Position numbers and translations under genes: made by a program. From the NCBI GenBank assembly GCA_963737905.1, contig CAVTUQ010000026.1, forward strand, positions 239,176 to 303,175: a stretch of 64,000 nt of DNA, written 5' to 3'. Below the pieces are notes generated by a model that did no database searches, had not been told where the DNA came from, and worked only from the letters and a program-made list of their open reading frames with translations. Below are positions 10,753 to 20,641 of the stretch, piece after piece. The DNA comes from an uncultured delta proteobacterium (GTDB lineage: Bacteria > Desulfobacterota > Binatia > UBA9968). Every line of letters starts with the position of its first letter. Position 1 is the first letter of the stretch.

Positions 10753-11679
10753 GTGAATGAGGGATTGCGGGAAGCCGTATTGTCGTTGCAAAGGCGGTCT
10801 CAAGAGCACGAAAAGATCGAGCAAGAGCTTCGGGCTAGAGAGGCCCATTTTCAAAGACGTTGCGAAGATTTGGAGCGCTGCCTCAGTGAAAGGATAAGCC
10901 AGCTGGAGGAAGAAATCCGGCGGAGGCAAGCCGCCGAGGACATGCTGCGCAGCGCAAGGAAAGATGCCGAGAAAAAAGCGCAGAATAGCAAAACCCCTTC
11001 CACATGGGGAACCACGACAGCACTTTTTGCGCATGAGGTTGCGAACTCTCTCAATGGTATTTTCGCCTGTCTCCAGCTTGTCGATATGAAAGCTCCGGAC
11101 CAGGGCGGTGCGGATCCTGAGCTCAAATCTTTAGTGGCATCAGCGACACAAGAAGTTAAACGGCTAGGCGCTTTGTTGAAAGAATTTCGCTCTTTCTCGC
11201 AGCCCCAAGCCTATGATTTCGAACCGACTGATTTGCGTAAAGTGATCGATGACGTTATGGCCGAAGACAAGCTGCTCTATGACTTGGCCGGAGTCCGGTT
11301 GAAGTTTGAATTCCCAAATACGTCATTGCCTGTTACGATTGATCAAAAGAAAATAAAGCAGGCGATCCTAAGGATTTGTAAAAACGCGGTTGATGCCATG
11401 CCGTCAGGAGGTGTCCTTACATTCCGCGGCTATGAGTCTGAAGGTAGGATTTTTCTCCAGATCGGCGACACGGGGGCCGGCGTTCCCAAAGGATTGGAGG
11501 TCTTTGAGCCCTTTCAAACCACGAAACCCCTCAGCAGTGGATTGGGACTTCCCATCGTAAGCCAAATTATCTCCGCGCATAATGGAACCATTGATTACGC
11601 GAGTGATCCCGGTAAAGGGACCACGTTCAAAATAGGGCTCCCGGCAGCGCGTGAGAATGGGGAAGGGGAGTTGCGATAG
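10753..11679 (+). CDS. Cytoplasmic sensor histidine kinase (coiled coil, HisKA, HATPase)
   Basis: H-box FAHEVANSL, N-box KNAVDAM, DTGAG, FEPFQTTK, GLGL, GKGTTF. Confidence 0.9.
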   Translation: MNEGLREAVLSLQRRSQEHEKIEQELRAREAHFQRRCEDLERCLSERISQLEEEIRRRQAAEDMLRSARKDAEKKAQNSKTPSTWGTTTALFAHEVANSLNGIFACLQLVDMKAPDQGGADPELKSLVASATQEVKRLGALLKEFRSFSQPQAYDFEPTDLRKVIDDVMAEDKLLYDLAGVRLKFEFPNTSLPVTIDQKKIKQAILRICKNAVDAMPSGGVLTFRGYESEGRIFLQIGDTGAGVPKGLEVFEPFQTTKPLSSGLGLPIVSQIISAHNGTIDYASDPGKGTTFKIGLPAARENGEGELR

Positions 11680-11729
11680 CTAGACAGAGGTGGTACAAGC
11701 AAACACAAATCAAACCCAGAGGTGATTCA

Positions 11730-12290
11730 ATGAGATTATTATCTTACGGCCCTTGACCTTACGCTCACAGGACAAGGCTTGTCCTGGCGGAAAAAAAGAT
11801 TCCCTATGAGCTTATCGAATGCGATCTCAAGAACAAATCCAAGGAACTTCTCGAACGAAACCCGTACGGCAAGGTTCCCGTGCTGGTGGATGGCGACGCC
11901 GTCATCTACGAGTCGGCGGTCATCAACGAATATCTGGAAGAGAAATATCCTGAAATCCCGCTCATGCCTAAGGACCCGCTCCGGCGCTCGCGGGCGAGGA
12001 TATGGATCGATTACTGCAACACGCGGCTGCAGTACGCCGGCGGTAAAATAGCCCATGATTATGAAGTCGAAAAGTCGGCCGAGGAGCTAAAAAAATATCT
12101 AGCGGCTTTGAATAGCGAGATGGAAGGCCGGCAGTACCTTGTGGGGGACTATTCTCTGGCGGATATCACCTATATTCCGTTCTTCGTCAGAAAAGAGCGC
12201 TATAAGGCGACCATCGACAACAGTCTGCCGCACCTGAAGGCGTGGATGGATCGTCTCCTCGACCGGCCTCTGGTTCGCGCGACCCCGTAA
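11730..12290 (+). CDS. Glutathione S-transferase (omega/SspA-like), predicted selenoprotein with Sec at codon 9
   Basis: ATG 11730 (GAGGTG RBS) is in frame with the 11880 ORF: MRLLSYGP-[TGA 11754]-PYAHRTRLVLAEKKIPYE...NPYGKVPVL...ESAVINEYLEE; TGA occupies the Cys of the CPYA motif. Confidence 0.88.
11768..11786 (+). promoter_or_regulatory. Bacterial SECIS-like hairpin
   Basis: CAGGACAA-GGC-TTGTCCTG, perfect 8-bp stem with G-rich apex, 11 nt after the in-frame TGA. Confidence 0.78.
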
Positions 12291-12307
12291 GCAGATCAGA
12301 AAATCTT

Positions 12308-13372
12308 TCAGCGTAATTTCTTGCGCGCTTCTGGCAAAAAACCGCTGTCTTCTAAGCTGCGCACAGGAGCTGGGTCGAGCACCTGACTCAGCTCCACGTG
12401 CGCGACCTTAGGGTTGATCCTCGCAATGACTTTCTGAACGATCTTCCACGCCGCGGGGTCGGGCATCATGTCGAGAGTGGCCATGATGTTGAGAACCTTG
12501 TAGGAAGCCTCGGCATCTTCGGGCCGAGGAAAACGGAACGCCTTGCGCAGGATTTCAACGATCTCGGGCTTGGCGCTTGGGTCGTGAATCAAGACCACCG
12601 CGTCCGCCAATCCTTTGAGCAAGCGCGATACCTGATCGGGCGCGCTGGCTGCTGATTCCCGTAAATAACAGAGGGTTGTCCCCTGGTAAGGAAAGTTAAG
12701 CTTACCGATATCGGCGAGCACGTTGGCGCCTGCTCGCTTTGCCGCTTCGCTAAAGCTATAGGGGATGACGGTGGCGTCGACCCCACCGGAGCTGAGTGCC
12801 TGGGTGACCGTCGCGGTGTCGCCGAGGATGCGCATTTTAAGATCATATTTTTCCGGGTCGATGCCAAGCTGATCCAAAGAAATCATCGTCTGCAGCCAAA
12901 AGCCGCCGCCGATGCTTTGAACGCCGAAGGTCTTACCGCGCAGGTCTTCTATGGTCCGGATTTCTTTACGCGCGATCAGTTCGCGCGGAATTTTATGCAC
13001 CGCCGACGCGACGCATTGAATCTTCATGCCACCCACGGCGGCGCTGAGGGCATTGCCAGGCGAACCGTAGTTGTATTGGACTTGGCCGGAGGAGAGGGTC
13101 GCCATACTTAGAGACCCGGTGCGTAACTGGACCAGGCGAACGTCGAGTCCGTATTTTCTGAAGGTGCCTTTCTCAATTCCTACCCACATCGGACCGACGG
13201 TTTCATTTTGACCGGCATAGGCGACCAGGATCGGCGCAGCGGTTTGCGCCGAGGCGCTGGATAGCGACGCCAAGGTAGCGAAGATGATGGTGAGAAGGAA
13301 GACGCGGCCGAAGCTGAACGTTCCGCCACTAGAGCGATGCCGGGAAGGTAAATGATTCATGGGCTCCTCCAT
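12308..13372 (-). CDS. NMT1/THI5/SsuA-like ABC substrate-binding protein
   Basis: Signal peptide, GIEKGTFRKYGLDV, IEDLRGKTFGV. Confidence 0.85.
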   Translation of the reverse strand: MEEPMNHLPSRHRSSGGTFSFGRVFLLTIIFATLASLSSASAQTAAPILVAYAGQNETVGPMWVGIEKGTFRKYGLDVRLVQLRTGSLSMATLSSGQVQYNYGSPGNALSAAVGGMKIQCVASAVHKIPRELIARKEIRTIEDLRGKTFGVQSIGGGFWLQTMISLDQLGIDPEKYDLKMRILGDTATVTQALSSGGVDATVIPYSFSEAAKRAGANVLADIGKLNFPYQGTTLCYLRESAASAPDQVSRLLKGLADAVVLIHDPSAKPEIVEILRKAFRFPRPEDAEASYKVLNIMATLDMMPDPAAWKIVQKVIARINPKVAHVELSQVLDPAPVRSLEDSGFLPEARKKLR

Positions 13373-13398
13373 GATGATATCAAGATCAACTACATAGA

Positions 13399-13980
13399 TT
13401 AGGGCTGTGGCCTGGTCGTCGAGCCGAGACCGGAAAAATTGCTATCGCCAGGTCCGCCGGTTGGCCCACTGGGAGGTGTGATGAGCGTCACGATTCGCGT
13501 GTCAGCGATCTTCTGCTGATCGGGCGAGAGAGTTGCATAAAGCGTGCTCGCAGCGGTGCGGATATCCTCGAGTTCCTTCACGCGGATCCGAGCGCCATCG
13601 GTGATCAAGTCGATATGTTGCAAACCGCCGATTGCCGTCCCTTCGGATACCGGGATACCTGTCCGGGCACGCTCGCGAGAAAGATCACTGGCGTAGACGC
13701 GCACCTTATCGGCAAACGATTGCCACGCCTCTTTCTGCTGGGGTGTTAGACGAAGATCCATTTCCATAACCGCCAGGCCGTGCTCGGTTTGTTCGTAGGA
13801 ATCGGGGGTGAGACGAGGAACACTGTTTCCTCGGTTTTGTGTATTTCCTCGCCCGCCTCGTGGTGTGCCGCCAAAGATGCCGCCTATGCCGCGCCCGCCG
13901 AATTGTGCAAAGCTATTCGATTCTCCGACCGCGATTACTAAACCGACGGTGATAACCAGAACCCAAGCGTTCTTAACCAT
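13399..13980 (-). CDS. Spy/CpxP-like (LTXXQ) periplasmic protein
   Basis: Signal peptide, Gly-rich segment, LRLTPQQKEAW and LYATLSPDQQKIAD motifs. Confidence 0.75.
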   Translation of the reverse strand: MVKNAWVLVITVGLVIAVGESNSFAQFGGRGIGGIFGGTPRGGRGNTQNRGNSVPRLTPDSYEQTEHGLAVMEMDLRLTPQQKEAWQSFADKVRVYASDLSRERARTGIPVSEGTAIGGLQHIDLITDGARIRVKELEDIRTAASTLYATLSPDQQKIADTRIVTLITPPSGPTGGPGDSNFSGLGSTTRPQP

Positions 13981-14150
13981 AATAATTATCCTTATTGAGA
14001 TGCCCGAGGTCGACGCTAACTTTTCTGATGGATTCGCACAAACTAGCGGCGGACGCTGGAACCGACCAAGGGAGACAACTGAAGACCTTTAAGTAAGACA
14101 CAAAAATTCTTCTAATTATTTTGGGAGGCTAGGCGGAAAACAACCCGTTG

Positions 14151-14882
14151 TCAATAAGCAACCGCCGGCCAGGACGAGAGCAGCTTGCCGTAGCCCTTGA
14201 TTGAAAACTTCGCGCCTAGCTTCGACAGGATGTTCCAGAGCATTGCAGTGTTGCTGGAGATCACGGGGATGCCGAGAGTGTCTTCGAGCCTTTGGATGAT
14301 CGGTAGGGGATCGAGGGTGGCGCCTTGGAAGTAGATGGCTTGGGTTGTCGGATTCTGCCGGTAGCTTGATTCGACTCTGCGAAAAAGCTCGTCGGAACTG
14401 ATTTCGACGCCGGCTCCTGGTTTGCGCGTCTTGTCATAGGGTGGACCCGGGAATACGGTGAAGCCGAGGTCAGTCAGATGCTTCTCGATGTGGGCGTTCA
14501 TATCCGCGGTGAACGGGGTGACCAGCATCACCCTCATCGCTGACAGTGCTCTCAGCGCCGCTGTAACCGATGACACTGCGCTGGTGACTGGTATGTGCAC
14601 CGTCTCGGCGACTTTGGCTTCCAGGCCACGATTGAACAGGGTCACGAAGCCGCCGGTAACGATGAGTCCCTGGACTTTGTTTCGACCGACGAAGTCGGCG
14701 GCGCGAGCAGCGATCTCGTCCGTCTTGCCTTCGAGGTCCTGATAGGAGTCTTGCAGCAGGCCGAGACCTTCGTTGGTGACGGTGACTTCAGGAGGCAGCA
14801 TCTGCTCCAGGCTTTTGAAGTGCGGGCGATCGGCAGTGGCCGGCGATAGGATCCCAATGTGAATGTTTTGTGGTGTAGCCAT
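14151..14882 (-). CDS. Maleate isomerase/arylmalonate decarboxylase (Asp/Glu racemase superfamily) homolog
   Basis: IGILSP, LVTPF, LEDTLGIPVISSNTAMLW and GYGKLL motifs. Confidence 0.82.
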   Translation of the reverse strand: MATPQNIHIGILSPATADRPHFKSLEQMLPPEVTVTNEGLGLLQDSYQDLEGKTDEIAARAADFVGRNKVQGLIVTGGFVTLFNRGLEAKVAETVHIPVTSAVSSVTAALRALSAMRVMLVTPFTADMNAHIEKHLTDLGFTVFPGPPYDKTRKPGAGVEISSDELFRRVESSYRQNPTTQAIYFQGATLDPLPIIQRLEDTLGIPVISSNTAMLWNILSKLGAKFSIKGYGKLLSSWPAVAY

Positions 14883-14905
14883 GGCTCCCCCCGCCTAAAG
14901 CAATT

Positions 14906-14932
14906 CTGGATTCCCGTTGCCACAGGAATGAC
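14906..14932. repeat. dRS3/REP-like palindrome
   Basis: CTGGATTCCCGTTGCCACAGGAATGAC matches ATTCCC-N8-GGGAAT with one mismatch. Confidence 0.5.
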
Positions 14933-15003
14933 AATGTAGAAACCCGTGTGCCCAGTCATTCTCGCAGCCGCTGCATTTCATACGACGGCCAGCGGGACCT
15001 TTA

Positions 15004-16329
15004 TCACATTTCCCGTTGTAACATTTGGGCTTCCATATTGTCGCCCTTCGAAGTCACCCGCCACATTTTTCCACCGCTGTCGTCGGCCACGAGCAATGAG
15101 CCGTCCGGCAATTCCGTCACGCCCACCGGTCGGCCGTAGGCTTCGAATTTGCCTTCGTCAGCGATGAATCCTGTGAGGATATCTTCCATAGGGCCGGCCG
15201 GCTTTCCGTTTTCAAAGGGGACGAACGCGACTTTGAACCCCACCATCTTCGAGCGGTTCCACGAACCGTGCATGCCGATAAAGGCGCCACCCTGGTAGCG
15301 CCGGGGAAAAGCTTTGCCGCGATAGAAAGCGAGCCCCAAGGCGGCGACGTGGGAGCCCACCGCATAGTCGGGTTTGATCGCTTTGGCTACGAGATCGGGC
15401 CGCTGGCCTTTTTTGCGCGGATCTTCATTCTGGCCAAAGTAAGAGAAAGGCCAGCCATAGAAGGCGCCTTCTTTGACGCTGGTCAAATAATCGGGGACCA
15501 GATTGTCGCCCAAGAGATCGCGCTCGTTGACGACCGTCCATAAAACATTCGTTTGCGGTTCCCAATCCATTCCAACTGGATTGCGCAGTCCCATGGCGAA
15601 GATCCGCATGCCGCTGCCGTCGGGATTGATTTCCAGAATCCCGGCGCGGCGTTGATCCTTTTCCCAACCATTTTCCTCATCGACATTGGATGCCGAGCCC
15701 ACCGCGATATAGATTTTCCGGCCGGTGCGATCGGCGATAAGGTTGCGCGTGTAGTGCCCGCCGGCGGGGAGGGCGAGAATTTTCTCTCCCTTGCCCTCGA
15801 TTTTCGTTTGGCCCGTGCGGTAGGGGTAGCGTACGACTCCATCGGTGTTCGCCACGTAGAACCAGTTGCCCACGAGCACCATGCCGTGGGGCATATTGAG
15901 GCCGGTCAAGAAAACTTCACGTACATCGGGTTTGCCGTCCTTGTTGGTATCTCTGAACAAAGTGATTCGATTCGCCGACTTCTCCGGTCGATCGGCCCGG
16001 CCGGGCCACTCGCGAGTGGCCTCAACCACTAAGATGTCTCCGTTGGGCAAGACGTACGCCTGACGTGGATTGTCGAGATTTTCAGCGAAGAGGCTCACCT
16101 CGAAGCCGGGCGCGGCCGTCGGCATTTTGCCTTTGGGCCAGCCGATTACCTTGGAGGTATTGCGCGCCGACGGTGTGGCGAAAGGAACGGGCAGTTGAAG
16201 TGTGTCAGAGGGACCCGTGCCCGTCGCGTATTGGCGGTTGGCAACACCGGTTTGGGTCGTGACTGCGCAGGACAAGAGGAATACCGCGGCGATTACCTGA
16301 CTCATCTGAAATAGATGACGAAGTAACAT
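15004..16329 (-). CDS. Sorbosone dehydrogenase family (PQQ-dependent beta-propeller) lipoprotein
   Basis: GFEVSLFAENL, GLNMPHGM, GLRNPVG, VNERD, GAFYGWP, HGSWNR, GRPVGV; lipobox-like LLSC. Confidence 0.9.
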   Translation of the reverse strand: MLLRHLFQMSQVIAAVFLLSCAVTTQTGVANRQYATGTGPSDTLQLPVPFATPSARNTSKVIGWPKGKMPTAAPGFEVSLFAENLDNPRQAYVLPNGDILVVEATREWPGRADRPEKSANRITLFRDTNKDGKPDVREVFLTGLNMPHGMVLVGNWFYVANTDGVVRYPYRTGQTKIEGKGEKILALPAGGHYTRNLIADRTGRKIYIAVGSASNVDEENGWEKDQRRAGILEINPDGSGMRIFAMGLRNPVGMDWEPQTNVLWTVVNERDLLGDNLVPDYLTSVKEGAFYGWPFSYFGQNEDPRKKGQRPDLVAKAIKPDYAVGSHVAALGLAFYRGKAFPRRYQGGAFIGMHGSWNRSKMVGFKVAFVPFENGKPAGPMEDILTGFIADEGKFEAYGRPVGVTELPDGSLLVADDSGGKMWRVTSKGDNMEAQMLQREM

Positions 16330-16453
16330 AGTGTCGCCCTCCTTTTATCGATTCTATTCGATCACGCTGGTTGGGATAACGGGCACTATATAATAACCAT
16401 CAACTATCAGAAAGCCAGTTGTATAGGCCCCCGGTCCGTTCTAAGATCGCCAC

Positions 16454-16585
16454 GCTGCTGAAAAAGACGTTTCGAATGATTGAGGATCGAAGATGGAGGA
16501 TAGAAGATGGCGATCATCGATCCTCTATTCTCAATCCTCCATTGTTGCGGATGAAACCGCCTCTGAGTCTTTTTGAGCGGCCTGC
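16454..16585. mobile_element. MITE-like element with ~15-bp terminal inverted repeats enclosing heptamer repeats
   Basis: GCTGCTGAAAAAGAC (16454) and GTCTTTTTGAGCGGC (16567), 13/15 complementary; internal GAGGATC/GAAGATG heptamers followed by their inverse. Confidence 0.55.
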
Positions 16586-16621
16586 AATTCGAATTTTCAG
16601 ACACTTTTGGAGGAGGTGGGA

Positions 16622-18043
16622 ATGCTCTATCGCGACTTGCGTGGTTGGCTTGATGGGGTCGAATCATTCGGCGAACTCAGGATGGTGGAGGGCGCCGACT
16701 GGAATCAAGAGATCGGTGCTGTTGCTGAAGTCGCGGCACGCTCGGAGCCGCCACCGGCAGTGCTGTTCGACAAAATCAAAGATTATCCCGCTGGCCGGCG
16801 TGTCTTGACCGGCATTCACAATCCCACCCTCAAGCGCCAGTGCCTCACCAATCACCTGCCGCTTGATTACACACGCGATCAATTCATCGACGCATGGAAA
16901 AAACGGCTCAACCATCCAGTTTTTCTGCCGCCGCGCGTCGTCCCGTCGGGCCCGGTGATGGAAAACGTTTTCGAAGGAAAAGAGATCGATCTGCTGTCAC
17001 TGCCGGTTCCTTTCTGGCACGAAGGCGATGGCGGCAGATATATCGGCACTCTCGATGTCACAATCAGCCGCGATCCGGAGGAAGGCTGGGTGAACTTGGG
17101 CTGCTATCGTGTGATGGTGCACGACCGCGACACGTTGGCGCTTTACATCTCGCCGGGACATCATGGCAACATTCACCGGCAGAAATACTTCGATCAGGGA
17201 AAGCCGTTTCCGGTCGCGATCAGCTTCGGTCCCGATCCGTTGCTTTGGTACTTCGGCCAGATGGATGTGCCACCAGGGGAGTCAGAATACGACTATGCCG
17301 GTGGGGTTCGCGGCGAGCCTTACGAAGTCATCATAGGAGAACATACAAAACTGCCGCTACCCGCGTATTCCGAAATCGCGGTGGAAGGCGAGGTCCTACC
17401 CGGAACGAAAATTCCGGAAGGACCTTTCGGCGAGTTTACCGGCTATTACGCCGGTGGTCTCCGTTCCGAGCCGATCCTGAAGGTAAAGCGCCTCATGTAT
17501 CGCAACAATCCGATTATCACCGGCGCACCGCCCTATCGCCCGGCCCCCGGAGCGGAAAACAATCTGATTCGTGCGGCCTACATATGGGATTACCTGGACA
17601 AGGCGGGTGTCCCGGATGTGAAAGGAGTCGCGTATTATCAAACCCGCTTGTTGGTCGTTGTGGCAATCAAGCAGCGCTATCCCGGTCATGCGAAACAGGC
17701 CGTGGCGATCGCGTCGCAGTGCCGCGCGGCTGCGCTTTTGACCCGTTACGTGGTCGTCGTCGACGACGACATCGACATCTGGGACAGTAACGAGCTGCTC
17801 TGGGCGCTTTGCACGAGAACCGATCCGGTGAAGGATATCGATATTTTGCGCCGTTGCTGGAGCAATCCCATCGACCCGATCATCCCGCCGAGCGAGCGTG
17901 GGTTTCAATCTCGCGGGCTGATCGACGCATGCCGCCCCTATGAATGGATGAACGAATTTCCCGCGGTGTCCGGGGCGAGCGCGGAGCTGAAGGAGAAAGT
18001 TATCAAGAAGTTCGGTGCGAGCCTGGCGGGGAAAAGAACCTAG
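16622..18043 (+). CDS. UbiD family (prFMN-dependent) decarboxylase
   Basis: PAVLFDKIKDY, DGGRYI, NLGCYR, EGPFGEFTGYY, VVVDDDID motifs. Confidence 0.93.
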   Translation: MLYRDLRGWLDGVESFGELRMVEGADWNQEIGAVAEVAARSEPPPAVLFDKIKDYPAGRRVLTGIHNPTLKRQCLTNHLPLDYTRDQFIDAWKKRLNHPVFLPPRVVPSGPVMENVFEGKEIDLLSLPVPFWHEGDGGRYIGTLDVTISRDPEEGWVNLGCYRVMVHDRDTLALYISPGHHGNIHRQKYFDQGKPFPVAISFGPDPLLWYFGQMDVPPGESEYDYAGGVRGEPYEVIIGEHTKLPLPAYSEIAVEGEVLPGTKIPEGPFGEFTGYYAGGLRSEPILKVKRLMYRNNPIITGAPPYRPAPGAENNLIRAAYIWDYLDKAGVPDVKGVAYYQTRLLVVVAIKQRYPGHAKQAVAIASQCRAAALLTRYVVVVDDDIDIWDSNELLWALCTRTDPVKDIDILRRCWSNPIDPIIPPSERGFQSRGLIDACRPYEWMNEFPAVSGASAELKEKVIKKFGASLAGKRT

Positions 18044-18264
18044 CAGCGCGGAACCGTAACCAAAACTCGGAATATCTCGCGCAATGGCGCAAAGTATGTC
18101 CTGAGCGCAGTCGCAGGGGCCGCAAAGAAATTAGACTTCCGGACTTGGCGTTCTTGGCGCCTTGGCGCGAGCAAATCCCTGTTTTGGATAGTCACTGGCC
18201 ACCGGAAAATTTTGACATATAACAGTGCAGAGAGAGAACAAAGGAGCAGAGGAGTGAAAGAAAA

Positions 18265-19215
18265 ATGAAATCATGGCGACTAGTGGCGGTTGCGCTGGCG
18301 ATGCTGATTATCGGTCTTCGCGCGTTCGTAAGCGCGCAGGAACTGAAGAAGCCACTGGAAAGAGTCCGGCTCACGGTGCCGGCCAAATCATTGACCTTTG
18401 TCCCTTACTATTTCGGCAAGTCACAGAGGCTTTATGAGAAAGAAGGGATCGATCTGGAGCTCATCGTCATGCGGCCGCCGATCGGCGTCACTGCCTTACA
18501 GGCAGGAGAGGTCGATTATTCTGCTGCCGGCGGTCTCTCGGTTCGCGCGGCGATGAAAGGGCTCCCTCTCAGAACGATCATGTTCATTCAGACCCGGCTA
18601 AGCTTCAGCCTTATCGGCCAGCCGGGAATGGTACCTGCACGAATAAAAAACGTCGCCGTCAGCGGCATCGGATCTTTGGCGCACTACGCCGCCATCACCG
18701 TAATGAAAAGATTGGGTAATGAAAAAGTCGCCTATATTTCGACCAATACCACGGGCAACAGTTACACCGCCTTATTGGGCAAAGCCGCGGATGCTGTGAT
18801 ACTCACTCCGCCGTACACGTCCATGGCGACCCTGGCGGGCTATCCCGATCTGGGAAACACCTTCGACGTGCGTGACCTGCAGGGCGGTTTGGTTGCGAGG
18901 ACGACTTACATTCAAGATCACCGCGATCAAGTAAAATCCATGATTCGGGCGACGCTTCGCAGTATGGATATCATCATGAAGAACGAAGCCGAGGTTATTT
19001 CCTACCTCCAAAAAGATTTTGGGCTGGAACCGAAAATCGCCGCCGACACTTATAAGATCCTCAAGCAAGTCGTAAATTCGGACGGCGACATCGAGGAGCC
19101 CGTCTTTAAATCTATCATCGATAAGATCAGGCAAGAATCGGGGGTCGCCGCCGAAGTGCCTGCCGACCGGCTGGTCGATTTATCGATTTTGCGCGAGGTG
19201 CGGAGGGAAAAGTGA
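18265..19215 (+). CDS. NMT1/THI5/SsuA-like ABC substrate-binding protein
   Basis: Signal peptide, YEKEGIDLEL, ALQAGEVDY, C-terminal LVDLSILREV. Confidence 0.85.
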   Translation: MKSWRLVAVALAMLIIGLRAFVSAQELKKPLERVRLTVPAKSLTFVPYYFGKSQRLYEKEGIDLELIVMRPPIGVTALQAGEVDYSAAGGLSVRAAMKGLPLRTIMFIQTRLSFSLIGQPGMVPARIKNVAVSGIGSLAHYAAITVMKRLGNEKVAYISTNTTGNSYTALLGKAADAVILTPPYTSMATLAGYPDLGNTFDVRDLQGGLVARTTYIQDHRDQVKSMIRATLRSMDIIMKNEAEVISYLQKDFGLEPKIAADTYKILKQVVNSDGDIEEPVFKSIIDKIRQESGVAAEVPADRLVDLSILREVRREK

Positions 19216-19301
19216 ATATGCCCGGTGATGTCTTGCGGAGCACGCAGGAGGGCTAGTAGAATCCGGCAAGATCCAAATTTTATAGACGGGGAGGTTGCTC
19301 T

Positions 19302-19766
19302 ATGAAATCTCTATTGTGGCTGCTTGCGTTATTGCTGAGTCTCGGGCTGCTTCCGACGTGGACGCTGGCTGACTTGCCTGCACCCAAGTCGACCCCTGAG
19401 AATGCGAATATGGCTGCGGGCCGCAAGGCGATCGACGCGAAGGATTATAAGGCGGCTGTGGGCCATTTGACCAAAGCTGTCCAGGAAGATCCAAACAACG
19501 CCGACGCGCATACTATGCTCGGTTACAGTTACCGTAAGCTCGGAACCTTTGACAAATCCATGGATCATTACCAGAGGGCGCTAAAGATAGATGCCAACAA
19601 TCGAAGCGCGCATGAGTACCTGGGAGAGCTCTATCTTGATATGAATCAACCCGCCAATGCGGAAAAACAACTGACGGTTTTGAAAAAAGCGTGCCCGTTC
19701 TTCGGCAAGTGCGAAGAATACGACGATTTGAAAGAAGCTATCGAAAAGTACAAGGCGAAGAAGTGA
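19302..19766 (+). CDS. Secreted TPR protein
   Basis: Signal peptide; TPRs ADAHTMLGYSYRKLG and AHEYLGELYL; C-terminal C-x5-C. Confidence 0.85.
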   Translation: MKSLLWLLALLLSLGLLPTWTLADLPAPKSTPENANMAAGRKAIDAKDYKAAVGHLTKAVQEDPNNADAHTMLGYSYRKLGTFDKSMDHYQRALKIDANNRSAHEYLGELYLDMNQPANAEKQLTVLKKACPFFGKCEEYDDLKEAIEKYKAKK

Positions 19767-19851
19767 GCCTTTGAGAGAGAGTCGGTTTCAGGTTTCGGGT
19801 TTCAGTCTCGGAGTCTTCGAGACGCCAAGCGAATAGCAGAGGAGATTTTCC

Positions 19852-20581
19852 ATGGCAGAGGCGATAAAAGCCCGGATCGGGTTTGTAAGCGGCGGCAGCA
19901 GCGCGATGCCACACTACAATAGCTTTCTGCCGTTGATTCCAGAGGAGGTGAAGTTAGAGCACGAGGGATTGGAGCTTTATCGAGAGTCGCTCTACCAGAT
20001 TGCGGACAAGAAGGATCATATCGTTCGCCGAGTCCAAGAGTGTGTGACGAACAAGCATTGGGATGGAGTCATTCTTACTGCGGCGCCGACCGAAGTCCTC
20101 AACCCGGGCTTGTACGACGCTCTGAAGGAGACGGTATCCGTCCCTTTTACAACGGCATTCCACGCATGCGTCGTCGCCCTGAGCATCTATGCGGCGAAGC
20201 GGGTTCTTTTGCTAACGCCCTTCGATGAAAAACTGAATGAATTGATCTGCCGGCATCTCGTGGGCAAGGGGGTTACGGCCGTGGCCCCGCACCCGTTCAA
20301 GGAACTCGGCGTGCCTAAACGCATGACACCTGACGAAGTGTTTGCGTTAACGAAGCAATGTCTGAATCCGGTGGACCCCGTCGACGCCATCTATTTTCAG
20401 GGCGCTGTTCTCGACCCGATCAAGGTCTTGGAGAAGATTGAAACAGAGCTCGGGTTGACGGTCATTGCCAGCAACCCCGCGATGCTGTGGTATGTACTGT
20501 CAAAACTAGGGCTCTGCCTATCCGATGAGCGGCTATGGGAGGCTGCTGCGAGAGTGGCCGAAGCTGCAGGGCGGGTTTTAA
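19852..20581 (+). CDS. Maleate isomerase/AMDase-like homolog (extra base near 20514; corrected C-terminus ...AYPMSGYGRLLREWPKLQGGF)
   Basis: LLTPF, IYFQGA, IETELGLTVIASNPAMLW; the family GYGRLL motif is in the +1 frame, ending at TAA 20579-20581. Confidence 0.8.
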
Positions 20582-20593
20582 ACCCGCCCCTAC
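20566..20593. repeat. GTAG-type REP palindrome
   Basis: GCAGGGCGGGTTTTAAACCCGCCCCTAC between convergent genes. Confidence 0.65.
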
Positions 20594-20641
20594 AGGATTC
20601 CCGTTTTTTACAGAAATGACCTCTTGGTGCCGATAGTTTCA

